A DNA stretch of 64,000 bases from Bacteroidaceae bacterium (GCA_045588485.1 JAZNEI010000039.1:9765-73764); one strand, 5' to 3'. Shown: positions 1-10,446, counted from the first letter of the stretch. Numbers and translations are program-made. The notes: generated by a model from the letters alone, not told the origin.

Positions 1-203
1 ATTGAACCATAAGTCCATTGCCATCATAGTCAAACGTTCCATATAGCATACAAGCATCGGCAAGCAATGTTATGCATTAAGGATTTTTCTTGTAGTAAAT
101 GCTATTCCTCTACCATATTGTTTAATACGAGATTTTGACGCAAAATATTACTGCAGAGAATATTTATCCGTGGTTAAAGCACTTCAAATTGGAATATTTC
201 GTT

Positions 204-211
204 TAACTTTG
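204..211 (+). promoter_or_regulatory. Bacteroidetes-type -7 promoter box (TAACTTTG)
   Basis: Exact match to the TAnnTTTG consensus, 24 nt upstream of the ATG at 235. A single short motif in AT-rich DNA could be a chance match. Confidence 0.4.
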
Positions 212-234
212 CTAAAAACAAACTAATATTCTGT

Positions 235-1944
235 ATGAAGCATTTTTATTTTACCTTCCTTTTGGTAATTTGTTTGACTTCATGTAATAGTCACTCTGTT
301 CATTGGGATACTCTGTCCCAAATTGAATCATATATAGAAGAGAACCCTGATAGTGCATTAGTTATATTAAAACAAATAGATCTTGCTGAATTATTAGGCA
401 AAGAGGAAAGGGCTAGATATGCCCTACTGTATACACAAGCAAAGGATAAAAACTATATAGATGAAACTGACTTATCGCTTATATGTGAAGCCCAAAAATA
501 TTACAAAGAATCGGATAATGTCAGGTATCGATTTTTATCTTTATACTATTACGGCCGTGTCTTGTGCAACAATTCTGACTTTCATAAAGCAATAATCGCT
601 TATACAGAAGCAGAAGCTCTTCTTGAAAAATTAGGTGATGAATATCTTTCAGGACTTTTGTATGTTCAAATTGGTAATATATACCGTATAACCCATGATT
701 ATGACAAATGTCTTGAGGCATACAAATCTGCATATAATCATTTTTCCAAGGCAAAACTCGATTCTCATATGGCATATTCATTATTGGACATCGGTATAGC
801 ATATTGGAATCTTACCGACACAACCATTGCCGAGGAGTATTTCACGCAGTCGCTGATGATGGCAAAAGCACTAAATGATGAATATTTAGAGAGAATTTGT
901 TACGAGAATCTTTTTGTTTTATATGATGAGATTGACGAGAACGAGAAGTGCACGAATATAGCATTCGAGTTAAATGAAAAATTCAACAGCTCATTATTCT
1001 CTCCTGTATGTTTAGCTTCTATGGCTAGTTATAATGCCAAAATAGGAGATTATGAATCAATTGACAAATACCTTATAGAAGCGTGGAATGGAACACAAAA
1101 TAAATCAGATTCGATAGCTCTGTATTTTCAATCTGCCAACATAATGAAAATTATAGGGAATACAGACAAGGCTTTAGACTATTTTGAGAAAGGCATTAAT
1201 CTTCAGAATGAAGAACTGCGCTATGCTATGCAACAACCAATAGTATCAATTCAAAAAGATTATTTCCAAAATCAAGCAGAATACAATTCGTATCGTTTAA
1301 AGAAAAACCTTTTAATTTATCTGTCATTATCTATTATTGCATTATTGGTATTATTAATAGTTTTTATGCATATCAGGCATCGTTTTTTATTAAAAGATTT
1401 AGAAATCAGTAAATACATGGATTTTGCAGCTGATTTGCAAGTATCACTTCAAGACAAGGAAGCCAAACTAACTGAGATTTCTGAACACATATCAGCCAAA
1501 GAGGAGGCTCATTCATTACAAATTAATGAAATGTCGCGACATATAGCAGAACTATTCCGCAAGCAGTATGAACTTTTGGATAAATTAAGTAATACATATT
1601 ATGAGACACATATATTTAACAAAGAGAAAGAAAGTATATACGAACAGGTAAAATCGGAAATCAACAAATTTGCCAATGATAACAAATCAATGGCTAAACT
1701 AGAAAAGATTGTAAACACATATAAGAATAATGTAATGTTTCTTGTTAGAGAAGAACTCCCCAATATATCTGAACGGGATATAAAATTACTATGCTATATA
1801 TATGCAGGCTTTTCAGCAAAAAGTATAAGTATTTTCATAGGCGAAACTACAGGGAATATCTTGACTAGAAAACATCGTTTACGTACTAAAATAGCACGGT
1901 TGAATACGCCAAGTATGCAAATAATGCTTCAAGAAATGCCATAA
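235..1944 (+). CDS. Membrane-anchored TPR-repeat regulator with C-terminal LuxR/GerE-type HTH
   Basis: 569-aa ORF with a lipoprotein-like signal (LVICLTSCNS), TPR-like repeats, one TM helix (LLIYLSLSIIALLVLLIVF) and a coiled coil. The C-terminal HTH reads ERDIKLLCYIYAGFSAKSISIFIGETTGNILTRKHRLRTKI. Confidence 0.6.
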   Translation: MKHFYFTFLLVICLTSCNSHSVHWDTLSQIESYIEENPDSALVILKQIDLAELLGKEERARYALLYTQAKDKNYIDETDLSLICEAQKYYKESDNVRYRFLSLYYYGRVLCNNSDFHKAIIAYTEAEALLEKLGDEYLSGLLYVQIGNIYRITHDYDKCLEAYKSAYNHFSKAKLDSHMAYSLLDIGIAYWNLTDTTIAEEYFTQSLMMAKALNDEYLERICYENLFVLYDEIDENEKCTNIAFELNEKFNSSLFSPVCLASMASYNAKIGDYESIDKYLIEAWNGTQNKSDSIALYFQSANIMKIIGNTDKALDYFEKGINLQNEELRYAMQQPIVSIQKDYFQNQAEYNSYRLKKNLLIYLSLSIIALLVLLIVFMHIRHRFLLKDLEISKYMDFAADLQVSLQDKEAKLTEISEHISAKEEAHSLQINEMSRHIAELFRKQYELLDKLSNTYYETHIFNKEKESIYEQVKSEINKFANDNKSMAKLEKIVNTYKNNVMFLVREELPNISERDIKLLCYIYAGFSAKSISIFIGETTGNILTRKHRLRTKIARLNTPSMQIMLQEMP

Positions 1945-2201
1945 TTTAATTTTTTGGTATTACAGCACCCTTTTTTATGAAAAAGTATTACATTGACAAT
2001 CAATAACTTACAAATAAATAAACAGGATGTAATATTTTAAAAATCTTACATCTTGTTTATTTATTTGATTCACAACATATTACGACTATCATGTGTAATA
2101 CACATAATGAACAAAATCTATGCTGGATACAAATTTAACATATACTTTTATTTCGACAAATCCACAAAATCTATGTCTTATACTATTTCTATTTTAAAAA
2201 T

Positions 2202-5030
2202 ATGAAAACCCTTATGAAATCCCTTATTTGCAGTCTGCTTCTCTTGGCTTGTTTAATGGATGCGGATGTATGTTCTGCACAGAACGACTATACAGTCATA
2301 AAAGGATGTCTGGTCTCTTCCTATGATTCAATTCCTCTGAGAATGGGCAGTGTAGAAATGCTGAAAAGCAACGGAACGCATCTAAGCGACAACAAATGTT
2401 TCGATGACGGAAGTTTTCTTATTGTAGCATCCGTGCCAAAAGGAGAGTATATATTCCGTTTCAAAGCCCAAGAGCACGAAATGGTTGCCAAGAGGATTTT
2501 GTTGGACAAAGAGTATGATTTTGGTACAATTGTCTTGAAGGATAGTACAATACGCCTTCAAGCGGTTGTAATTGAAGGAAGGACTTCATTGCAGATTACC
2601 CGTGGCGACTCCGTTATCTATAACCCCGATGCACTTACCCTCACACCTGATGCTACACTAAAGGACATCATAAGTCAGATACACGGTTTTTCGGTTGAGA
2701 ATGACGAGCTGTATTGGCACGGAAAGCCTATAAGCCAAATCCTCCTCAACGGACAGGAATTCTTCGGCGAAAACAAAGCCATTGCACTCAATAATCTGCC
2801 GGCAGATGCTATTGAGAAAGTGAAAGTCTATGACAAGGCGAGTACATTTACCGAAAAGACAGGCGTTGAGGATGGTGAGAAGAAAACCGTTGTGGATGTG
2901 GAGTTGAAAGAGGAATTCCTTGCTCAGTGGATAGGTGATATTCACGCAGGTGGAGGTACAAAGGAACAATACGAACTTGGAGGCTTTGCCAGCCGTATCA
3001 CCAAGAGAGACCGTATTTCTGTTTTGGGTGAGACAACATCACGTCAGCTATCCACCGTTAACCTCAATAACGGAAACAGGGCAATGTATGGAATTGAAAT
3101 AGGAAATCCACATACCCAACAGTACCTTGCAGAGTACACATATACCAATGGTAAGAAAAGGGATGAGGCAGGATATTTCGATTTAAGGACAAATGTGGAA
3201 TATTATGCAAAGACAAGGTATGACGATGAGGAGTTCCTTAACGAGACCTATCTCCCCGGTGAGCAGTCATCCATTTCCCTCTCTCACGATAACAGAAAGT
3301 TTGCCTCAAAGTCTGCCAAGTGGGATAATCGTCTGAAGTGGCAGATAACGGACAGACTGTATGCTGACATCATTCTGCAATATGCCTATTACGATATATT
3401 TGACCGTAAAAGTTCGGATAATGCCATTTTTTCATCTTCGCCGTTTGGGCAATATTCATCCATAAAGGATGTGTTGGGAAATATTGAAGATAACGGATTG
3501 AGTGGCATTGCAACAGCCGGCAATTACCGTTTGTCAAACAGCCGTTCTTTTGAAAATGTGTTCTACATATTTACATCGCTTATCAGGAAATTCGATAAGA
3601 AAGGTCGTAGTCTCTCTTTCTTCGGCTCTTTCACTCCGAAATTTGCGGATAGAGAAGGTCATTCGCTATCAGATATAAGATATTACAATATTGACAAGAA
3701 TGCAGTGAACAGGCAGTATGTCGATGAAGAGAGAAATAGATTTATGCTTGACGGCAAACTGCAATATACCGAGCCGCTGTTTGACGGCGCTACTCTTCTT
3801 GCCGTGTATCGTTATATGCACGAGAGGGATAAAGGGGAAATTCCTGTATATCAGCTCGACTCGTTGGGTGGTGTCTGGAGCGATCCGCTATATTCTTTCG
3901 GCTCAATTCCTGAAGGTGATTTGTTGCAACAAGCAATGAATTGGCGCAACAGTGTCTTTTCTACAAAATCGGAGCAAAAGCACTCGGTTGAGTTCAAAAT
4001 GAGTTATGCGAAAAACGGATGGAATCTTGCTGCAGGAGTGGTGCTTCATCCCGAGCGTACCGAGCTTGAATACCGCCGTGCGGATATTGATACAACGGTT
4101 GTACGCAACCTATTCTATGTTGCTCCTACACTTTACGCAAAGAAGACATTCGGCAATTATAATGTTGATGTCAACTACAATGTGCAGGAACAATACCCCG
4201 ACCTTATAAATATGCTCGATTATACCGATGATACCGATCCTTTGAATGTCAGCCGTGGTAATCCCGACCTCAAGCCTACGCTAATGCATACGGCAGCAAT
4301 GAATATGCGTTATTTTAATCCCGACAACGAATTTTCTCTATCGGGCAACATCAATTTTACAGCACAGAACCGTGCAATTAGCAGTGCTGTCCATTATGAT
4401 GTGGAAACAGGTGTCCGCACAATCAAGCCACAGAATGTAGATGGTAATCAAACAGTGCAATTACGCCTAAATAGTAACATAAAACTCGACAAGAGGGGTT
4501 ACTTCACACTTGCACCACAGGGCAGTGTACGATACAACCGTATGCATAGCCTGGTCAGTCTCGACAATATCTCGTCGCTTGAAAGTGCGACCAATGTCGT
4601 AAACAGTAATGTTTCCATTAAAGCTACCTACCGCAAGGATAAGACAAATATAAATCTGCAAGCAGGATATTCTTGGGAACAGTTGCAGAACTCAATACAG
4701 AGCAATATCAATGATACCCATTACAACATTTGGGTAGGTTCGTATCAACAGGTAGAACTGCCATTGCGTATTTTACTTATCTCGGATATCCGTGCCCAAT
4801 GGTACCGAGGATATGAGTTTTCACAGATGAACTATTGCGACTATGTTTGGGATATAAGCCTCAAGCGCTCATTCCTAAAGAACGACAGATTGACCGCGAC
4901 TCTTGAATGGTACGATGTGTTCAACAGCAAAAATAATTCGCGTTACAGGATAAACGACTATTATATCAATTATTATAGGTATTATAAAATCAATTCATAT
5001 ATCATGTTGAATCTTAAATATAATTTATGA
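2202..5030 (+). CDS. Outer-membrane beta-barrel family protein (TonB-dependent-receptor-like, N-terminal carboxypeptidase-regulatory-like domain)
   Basis: 942-aa ORF with a signal peptide and a plug-like region (NGQEFFGENKAIALNNLPADAIEKVKVYDK). It is long, beta-strand-rich and Y/N/R-rich, with an aromatic C-terminus (MLNLKYNL). Confidence 0.7.
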   Translation: MKTLMKSLICSLLLLACLMDADVCSAQNDYTVIKGCLVSSYDSIPLRMGSVEMLKSNGTHLSDNKCFDDGSFLIVASVPKGEYIFRFKAQEHEMVAKRILLDKEYDFGTIVLKDSTIRLQAVVIEGRTSLQITRGDSVIYNPDALTLTPDATLKDIISQIHGFSVENDELYWHGKPISQILLNGQEFFGENKAIALNNLPADAIEKVKVYDKASTFTEKTGVEDGEKKTVVDVELKEEFLAQWIGDIHAGGGTKEQYELGGFASRITKRDRISVLGETTSRQLSTVNLNNGNRAMYGIEIGNPHTQQYLAEYTYTNGKKRDEAGYFDLRTNVEYYAKTRYDDEEFLNETYLPGEQSSISLSHDNRKFASKSAKWDNRLKWQITDRLYADIILQYAYYDIFDRKSSDNAIFSSSPFGQYSSIKDVLGNIEDNGLSGIATAGNYRLSNSRSFENVFYIFTSLIRKFDKKGRSLSFFGSFTPKFADREGHSLSDIRYYNIDKNAVNRQYVDEERNRFMLDGKLQYTEPLFDGATLLAVYRYMHERDKGEIPVYQLDSLGGVWSDPLYSFGSIPEGDLLQQAMNWRNSVFSTKSEQKHSVEFKMSYAKNGWNLAAGVVLHPERTELEYRRADIDTTVVRNLFYVAPTLYAKKTFGNYNVDVNYNVQEQYPDLINMLDYTDDTDPLNVSRGNPDLKPTLMHTAAMNMRYFNPDNEFSLSGNINFTAQNRAISSAVHYDVETGVRTIKPQNVDGNQTVQLRLNSNIKLDKRGYFTLAPQGSVRYNRMHSLVSLDNISSLESATNVVNSNVSIKATYRKDKTNINLQAGYSWEQLQNSIQSNINDTHYNIWVGSYQQVELPLRILLISDIRAQWYRGYEFSQMNYCDYVWDISLKRSFLKNDRLTATLEWYDVFNSKNNSRYRINDYYINYYRYYKINSYIMLNLKYNL

Positions 5031-5237
5031 TATGAAGACAGTTTGAGCGAAGCGAGTTCCGCAGCACCCAAAAAACATCGTGAGCATTTTACGTTAAGAT
5101 TTTCCGTGCGCAGAGCCTTTTGCCTACTTTTCGTCGACACGAAAAGTAGGAGAAAATAACAATGAAAGGCTGAATTTAGCAAACAAGCCTAAATTAGAGA
5201 CTGAAAAAGTTTTACCGGAAACCAATAATCCGAAAAT

Positions 5238-6239
5238 TTATCTATGAAATTTGCTCGGCTGTAAAATATCTTTCTGAGCAGTAACGTAGGGAAGGTATTT
5301 TACAAAAACAGGTATGCAAGTAAGGCATACAAATATAGTAACAGCGGCAACAATATATGTACCACCATTATCAAGAGGGATGAATTGCATGACAACCAAC
5401 TGAATGGGACGGTAGATAAGATGATGTATACATAATGGGATAATGGAGTATCTGCCAAAGTATGAAACAATAGGTAATCTTTTTATCGCCTTGCACAGCA
5501 TAAGCAAAGCAACTACGCTTGTTAACGGCAGGAATATGAGTGCAAATGGATTGCCCGAAATTTCACGGTCGTGAAAAAAAAGTATCGGGTGCATACAACT
5601 ATCAATTATGTATGCCACAATAAACAGAAACAGGGATAATGGCAGATTATAGCGGTCGTAAGGCCCGGCAACGAGAATATCACTGCGCTTAAGAATATAG
5701 CCAAAATAGAAAAACGGCAGACAGACAAAAGCGGCATCTACACAGCAAGGCAGCAAAATATTGTAGCTGTAGAGAATAAATCCGCAACAACCTATGAGAA
5801 GCACAGTAGCGGCACGCATCCACTCGCTCTTAATATTCAAATGAATAGCACCGAAAAGAAGATTGTCCCAAAAGATTGCCAACAAGAACCATAGCGGACC
5901 ATTAAAATATTGCACCTGCGTAAACACATCAAGAACACCTTTTGCGTCACTTACAATAAGTCCTGGGAAAAGAGCATTGAAAAGATAAAAAAGCAGGTAA
6001 CTTGCAATATAGAAAAAAAGAAAAGGGATAAGAATCTTATTCGTTTTTCTAATGAGAAGATTGGTAAACCCTCCATAATCCTTAAAAAACAGCCCCGAGA
6101 GGGTGAGATAGAGAGGGGTGCGCATAGCAGAAATACCCGGATAATCGACCGCTACTCCCGAGTGACCTATGATAATAAGCAGTATGCATATACCTTTTGC
6201 AAGGTCGATAAATTCTATACGTTTTTTTGTATCAATCAT
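5238..6239 (-). CDS. Acyltransferase family 3 integral membrane protein
   Basis: 333-aa polytopic hydrophobic ORF. The N-terminus (RIEFIDLAKGICILLIIIGH) is typical of the acyltransferase_3 family. Confidence 0.7.
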   Translation of the reverse strand: MIDTKKRIEFIDLAKGICILLIIIGHSGVAVDYPGISAMRTPLYLTLSGLFFKDYGGFTNLLIRKTNKILIPFLFFYIASYLLFYLFNALFPGLIVSDAKGVLDVFTQVQYFNGPLWFLLAIFWDNLLFGAIHLNIKSEWMRAATVLLIGCCGFILYSYNILLPCCVDAAFVCLPFFYFGYILKRSDILVAGPYDRYNLPLSLFLFIVAYIIDSCMHPILFFHDREISGNPFALIFLPLTSVVALLMLCKAIKRLPIVSYFGRYSIIPLCIHHLIYRPIQLVVMQFIPLDNGGTYIVAAVTIFVCLTCIPVFVKYLPYVTAQKDILQPSKFHR

Positions 6240-6384
6240 TCCCTTATCCTATTCCAATGCAGCGAAATTAATAATAAAAATTCATATTGCGATAATATTT
6301 CGCATTTAGGCTTTATAGTTTGCAAAAAAAAATGTAATTTCGCAAGTTGAAATAGAAAAAGCATAAAAAAGATATAATAACAAT

Positions 6385-8850
6385 ATGAATATATCCTACA
6401 ATTGGCTCAAGGAGTATGTCGATTTTGATATGACTCCCGAGGAGGTTTCGGCGGCGCTGACCTCGATAGGTCTGGAGACAGACGGAGTAGAAGAGGTGCA
6501 GACTATAAAAGGCGGTCTCGAGGGTTTGGTTATTGGCGAGGTTCTTACCTGCATCGACCACCCCGACAGCGACCATCTGCATATTACAACAGTTAACTTG
6601 GGCGACGGCAATCCGGTACAGATTGTATGCGGTGCTCCTAATGTCGCCGCAGGACAGAAAGTCGTTGTTGCAACTATCGGTACAAAATTGTACGACGGCG
6701 ATAACTGCTTTACGATAAAGAAAGGCAAAATTCGCGGTGCCGAGTCGCACGGTATGATTTGTGCCGAGGACGAGATTGGCATTGGAACAAGCCACGATGG
6801 AATAATAGTCCTACCCGATAGCGCTGTTCCCGGAACACCGGCAAAGGAGTACTACAATATAAAAAGCGAATATGTCATAGGCGTAGACATCACACCGAAC
6901 CGTGCCGATGCCTGCTCGCATTATGGTGTTGCACGTGACCTTTATGCCTACACGATGCAAGCAAAGGGTAATAGCGCAATACACCGTCCCTCGACCGATG
7001 GCTTTAAGGTGGATAACAACGACCTAAACATTGACATAGAGGTGCAGAACAGCGAGGCCTGTCTGCGTTATGCCGGTGTGACCGTAAAGGGTGTAACTGT
7101 AAAGGAGAGCCCCGAGTGGTTAAAGAATAAATTGCAGATTATCGGTCTGCGCCCCATAAATAATATTGTAGATATAACAAACTACATCCTGCACGCATAC
7201 GGACAGCCTATGCACTGTTTCGATGCCGACAAGATTAAAGGCGGCAAGGTTGTAGTGCGCACAATGCCCGAGGGCACACCTTTTGTGACACTCGACGGCG
7301 AAGAGCGCAAACTATCTGAGCGCGACCTTATGATTTGTAATGCCGAGGAGCCTATGTGCATTGCAGGAGTATTCGGTGGACTCGACTCGGGAACAACCGA
7401 GGAGACAAAGAACGTATTCCTCGAGAGCGCATATTTCCATCCTACATGGGTGCGTAAGACAGCACGTCGTCACGGCTTGCAGACCGACTCATCGTTCCGT
7501 TTCGAGCGTGGTACCGACCCTAACTGTGTTATCTATGCACTGAAACAGGCTGCAATGCTTATAAAAGAGCTTGCCGGTGGCGAGATTGCAATGGAGATTA
7601 AGGATATTTATCCCGCCCCTGTTGCCGATTTTTCTGTTGACATCGAGTACAAATATATCAACAACCTTATAGGTGCCGATATTGCTCCCGAGACAGTAAA
7701 GAGCATCGTCTCGTCGTTGGAAATGAAGATAACGGGCGAGACAGCTGAGGGACTTTCGCTTGCAGTTCCTCCTTACCGTGTGGATGTTCAGCGTCCCTGT
7801 GACGTAGTTGAGGATATATTGCGTATATACGGATATAACAATGTAGAGATTAATACAACATTGCACTCATCCATTATAACAAAAGGTGCCGAGGACCGTT
7901 CGCACAAATTGCAGAATCTTGTTTCGGAGCAGCTGGTCGGTTGCGGATTCAACGAGATAATGAACAACTCACTTACCGCAGCTGCATATTATGACGAACT
8001 CGAGACGTACGCAAGCGTCAACCTTGTGCGTCTGATGAACCCACTGAGTGCCGACCTTAACGTAATGCGTCAGACTCTGTTGTTCGGTGGTCTTGAGAGC
8101 ATTCAACGCAACGTTAGCCGCAAATATAGCGACCTCTCGTTCTTCGAGTTCGGTAACTGCTACCGTTTCGATGCCGACAAACGTATCGAAGATAAAATTC
8201 TCAGCCCCTACAGCGAGGCCTATCATCTTGGATTATGGATGACCGGAAACAGCATTGCTTCGTCGTGGATTGATGCAGGGCATCCCGTTACTGTTTACGA
8301 TCTTAAAGCTATCGTCGAGCACCTGTTCGACCGTCTCGGCTTTAAGCCTGCAGCACGACTCATCAGCACGTTTACTAATGATATCTTTGCAGCAGGACTT
8401 CAGATTCAGGCACAAAGCAACAAGAAGGTAATTGCGCAGCTTGGTATTCTGCGTAAGAAAGTGATGAAACGTTTCGACCTTGAAAACGATGTATTCTTTG
8501 CCGATATCAACTGGAGCGAGTTGATGCGTGTAATACGCAATGTCAAGGTAGGGTATAGCGAAATCAGCAAATATCCTGCTGTACACCGCGACCTTGCACT
8601 GCTCATCGATACCGATGTAACATTTGCACAGATTGAACAGGTTGCACGTGAGAGCGAGAAGAAACTTTTGAAAGAGGTTGCACTTTTCGACGTGTACGAA
8701 GGTAAAAATCTGGAAGAGGGAAAGAAAAGCTATGCTGTTAGCTTTGTGCTTCAGGACGACAACCAGACTCTTAACGATAAGCAGATTGATAAGGTGATGG
8801 CTCGTCTTATGGAGAACTTCGAGAAACGTTTGGGTGCAAAGCAAAGATAA
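6385..8850 (+). CDS. pheT: Phenylalanine--tRNA ligase beta subunit
   Basis: 821 aa. Canonical N-terminus MNISYNWLKEYVD, a tRNA-binding domain, and B3/4, B5 and FDX-ACB domain order. Confidence 0.95.
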   Translation: MNISYNWLKEYVDFDMTPEEVSAALTSIGLETDGVEEVQTIKGGLEGLVIGEVLTCIDHPDSDHLHITTVNLGDGNPVQIVCGAPNVAAGQKVVVATIGTKLYDGDNCFTIKKGKIRGAESHGMICAEDEIGIGTSHDGIIVLPDSAVPGTPAKEYYNIKSEYVIGVDITPNRADACSHYGVARDLYAYTMQAKGNSAIHRPSTDGFKVDNNDLNIDIEVQNSEACLRYAGVTVKGVTVKESPEWLKNKLQIIGLRPINNIVDITNYILHAYGQPMHCFDADKIKGGKVVVRTMPEGTPFVTLDGEERKLSERDLMICNAEEPMCIAGVFGGLDSGTTEETKNVFLESAYFHPTWVRKTARRHGLQTDSSFRFERGTDPNCVIYALKQAAMLIKELAGGEIAMEIKDIYPAPVADFSVDIEYKYINNLIGADIAPETVKSIVSSLEMKITGETAEGLSLAVPPYRVDVQRPCDVVEDILRIYGYNNVEINTTLHSSIITKGAEDRSHKLQNLVSEQLVGCGFNEIMNNSLTAAAYYDELETYASVNLVRLMNPLSADLNVMRQTLLFGGLESIQRNVSRKYSDLSFFEFGNCYRFDADKRIEDKILSPYSEAYHLGLWMTGNSIASSWIDAGHPVTVYDLKAIVEHLFDRLGFKPAARLISTFTNDIFAAGLQIQAQSNKKVIAQLGILRKKVMKRFDLENDVFFADINWSELMRVIRNVKVGYSEISKYPAVHRDLALLIDTDVTFAQIEQVARESEKKLLKEVALFDVYEGKNLEEGKKSYAVSFVLQDDNQTLNDKQIDKVMARLMENFEKRLGAKQR

Positions 8851-8891
8851 ACAACGTCTAAAGATTTTAAATTTAATAATAAGAATATACT

Positions 8892-9614
8892 ATGGGTAGA
8901 GCATTTGAATACCGCAAAGCAGCGAAACTGAAAAGATGGGGCAATATGGCCCGCACATTTACACGTATCGGAAAGCAGATTGCCATTGCTGTAAAGGCAG
9001 GTGGTCCCGACCCCGATTCAAACTCGCACCTTAGAGCTATCATCGCCAATGCAAAGCGCGAGAATATGCCCAAGGATAACATCGAGCGTGCGATAAAGAA
9101 CGCAATGGGTAAGGACCAGAAAGACTATAAGGAGGTAACATACGAGGGATACGGTCCCTTTGGTATCGCCATCTTCGTAGATGCTGCAACCGATAACACC
9201 ACACGTACCGTTGCCAATGTACGTGCAGCCTTCAACAAGCACGGTGGTTCATTGGGTACATCGGGCAGCCTCGACTTTATGTTCACACACAAGAGCGTCT
9301 TTACATTTACAAAGAAAGATGGCCTTGATATGGACGAACTGATACTTGAGCTTATCGACTATGGCGTTGAGGACGAGTATGATGAGGAAGAGAACGAGAT
9401 CACAATATACGGTGACCCCAAATCTTTTGGTGCTATTCAGAAATGGCTCGAGGAGCAAGGTTACGAGATTACCGGCAGTGAGTTTACACGTATCCCCAAC
9501 GACCTTAAGGATGTTACAGACGAGCAGCGTGCAACAATCGACAAGATTGTAGAGCGTCTCGAGGAGGATGACGATGTTCAGAATGTATATACCAATATGC
9601 GTCCTCAGGAATAA
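8892..9614 (+). CDS. YebC/PmpR family DNA-binding transcriptional regulator
   Basis: 240 aa. MGRAFEYRKAAKLKRWGNMARTF is the hallmark YebC N-terminus. Confidence 0.95.
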   Translation: MGRAFEYRKAAKLKRWGNMARTFTRIGKQIAIAVKAGGPDPDSNSHLRAIIANAKRENMPKDNIERAIKNAMGKDQKDYKEVTYEGYGPFGIAIFVDAATDNTTRTVANVRAAFNKHGGSLGTSGSLDFMFTHKSVFTFTKKDGLDMDELILELIDYGVEDEYDEEENEITIYGDPKSFGAIQKWLEEQGYEITGSEFTRIPNDLKDVTDEQRATIDKIVERLEEDDDVQNVYTNMRPQE

Positions 9615-9633
9615 GAATATTATCCAATAGAAT

Positions 9634-9669
9634 AAAAGTGAGAGCCTAACAAGACTCTCACTTTTATTA
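9634..9669. terminator. Bidirectional intrinsic terminator
   Basis: 11-bp stem aaaagtgagag (9634-9644) / ctctcactttt (9655-9665), flanked by an A-run and a T-run, between convergent genes. Confidence 0.7.
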
Positions 9670-9837
9670 TGGCCTGAAACTAGGAGGACCCGATGGCTGC
9701 ATTGTCGGCGGAGGTGGTGCAACGGGACGATGCATAGAGGGACCAAACATCGGAGGATAGGGACGTGGCGAAATTCCAAACGGTGGTGGGGGAGGTGGTG
9801 GTGAAAAATATCGCCAATCGTCATCGTATCTTGTCAG

Positions 9838-10446
9838 TCAGTAGTACGATGCTGTACCTTCGAACACTCCGGCACTATTGTAAGGATAGATGTACCCACT
9901 CATAGTTATCGGCTGTCCGCTGAAATTTGGGTCGACACGTGCTGTAGCCTGGTTGGTTCTTGCGGTTAATGTTATATACACCGTAGCCGAGAAATTACCG
10001 CCCTGAATGACATAACTGTAGAAAATATTGCCATCGCTGTCCTGCGACATACGCTCGCCACTGATATTTCCTTCGAGCGTCACACCACCCAAGCCATTGG
10101 GAGAATATACATTCGAGTTATTGAAGGCTGTCTGCACTGTACCCTGACCATCATTTATCGAGACGTAGTTGGTACTTTGGGTGACAAAACGTGTTACACC
10201 GTTGTTTAATGTAACATTCGATGCCTCAAGAGCCCAGGAACCATTGCGCAACGCCTCTACAGCCTGCACGTATGCCGTTGAGTCCTCTTGCTGTTCGCGT
10301 CTCTCTTCGGCAGCCTTCTTTTTCAGTCTCTCGGCACGCCAGGCTGCTTCGCGCTCGGCTTTAGTCATCTTTTTGCTACTCTGCGAGAATGCTGTAATCT
10401 GCCAACCCAACGTAAGCAGCAATACAAAAAACAGATACTTTTTCAT
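9838..10446 (-). CDS. Secreted DUF4251-like protein
   Basis: 202 aa with a signal peptide and a charged K/E/R linker, then a beta-rich domain resembling DUF4251. It ends at a TGA that is followed by an in-frame open extension (see findings). Confidence 0.55.
   Translation of the reverse strand: MKKYLFFVLLLTLGWQITAFSQSSKKMTKAEREAAWRAERLKKKAAEERREQQEDSTAYVQAVEALRNGSWALEASNVTLNNGVTRFVTQSTNYVSINDGQGTVQTAFNNSNVYSPNGLGGVTLEGNISGERMSQDSDGNIFYSYVIQGGNFSATVYITLTARTNQATARVDPNFSGQPITMSGYIYPYNSAGVFEGTASYY

Noticed and set aside
1-80. Possible 5' end of a minus-strand gene running off the window (ATG at about 50).
   Set aside because: Only about 16 codons are visible, and neither motif nor context supports a call.
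9249-9824. 191-aa minus-strand ORF starting in the DUF4251-yebC spacer.
   Set aside because: It runs through the bidirectional terminator and then antisense through the yebC-like gene. Only its first ~50 codons lie in the spacer, and there the in-frame read-through frame is the more coherent reading.
9838-9840. Genome-wide TGA reassignment or selenocysteine as an explanation for the open frame after the stop.
   Set aside because: Several well-defined neighbouring genes (the OM barrel, GH97 and the peptidase) terminate at TGA at their expected ends. I see no SECIS-like hairpin directly downstream.
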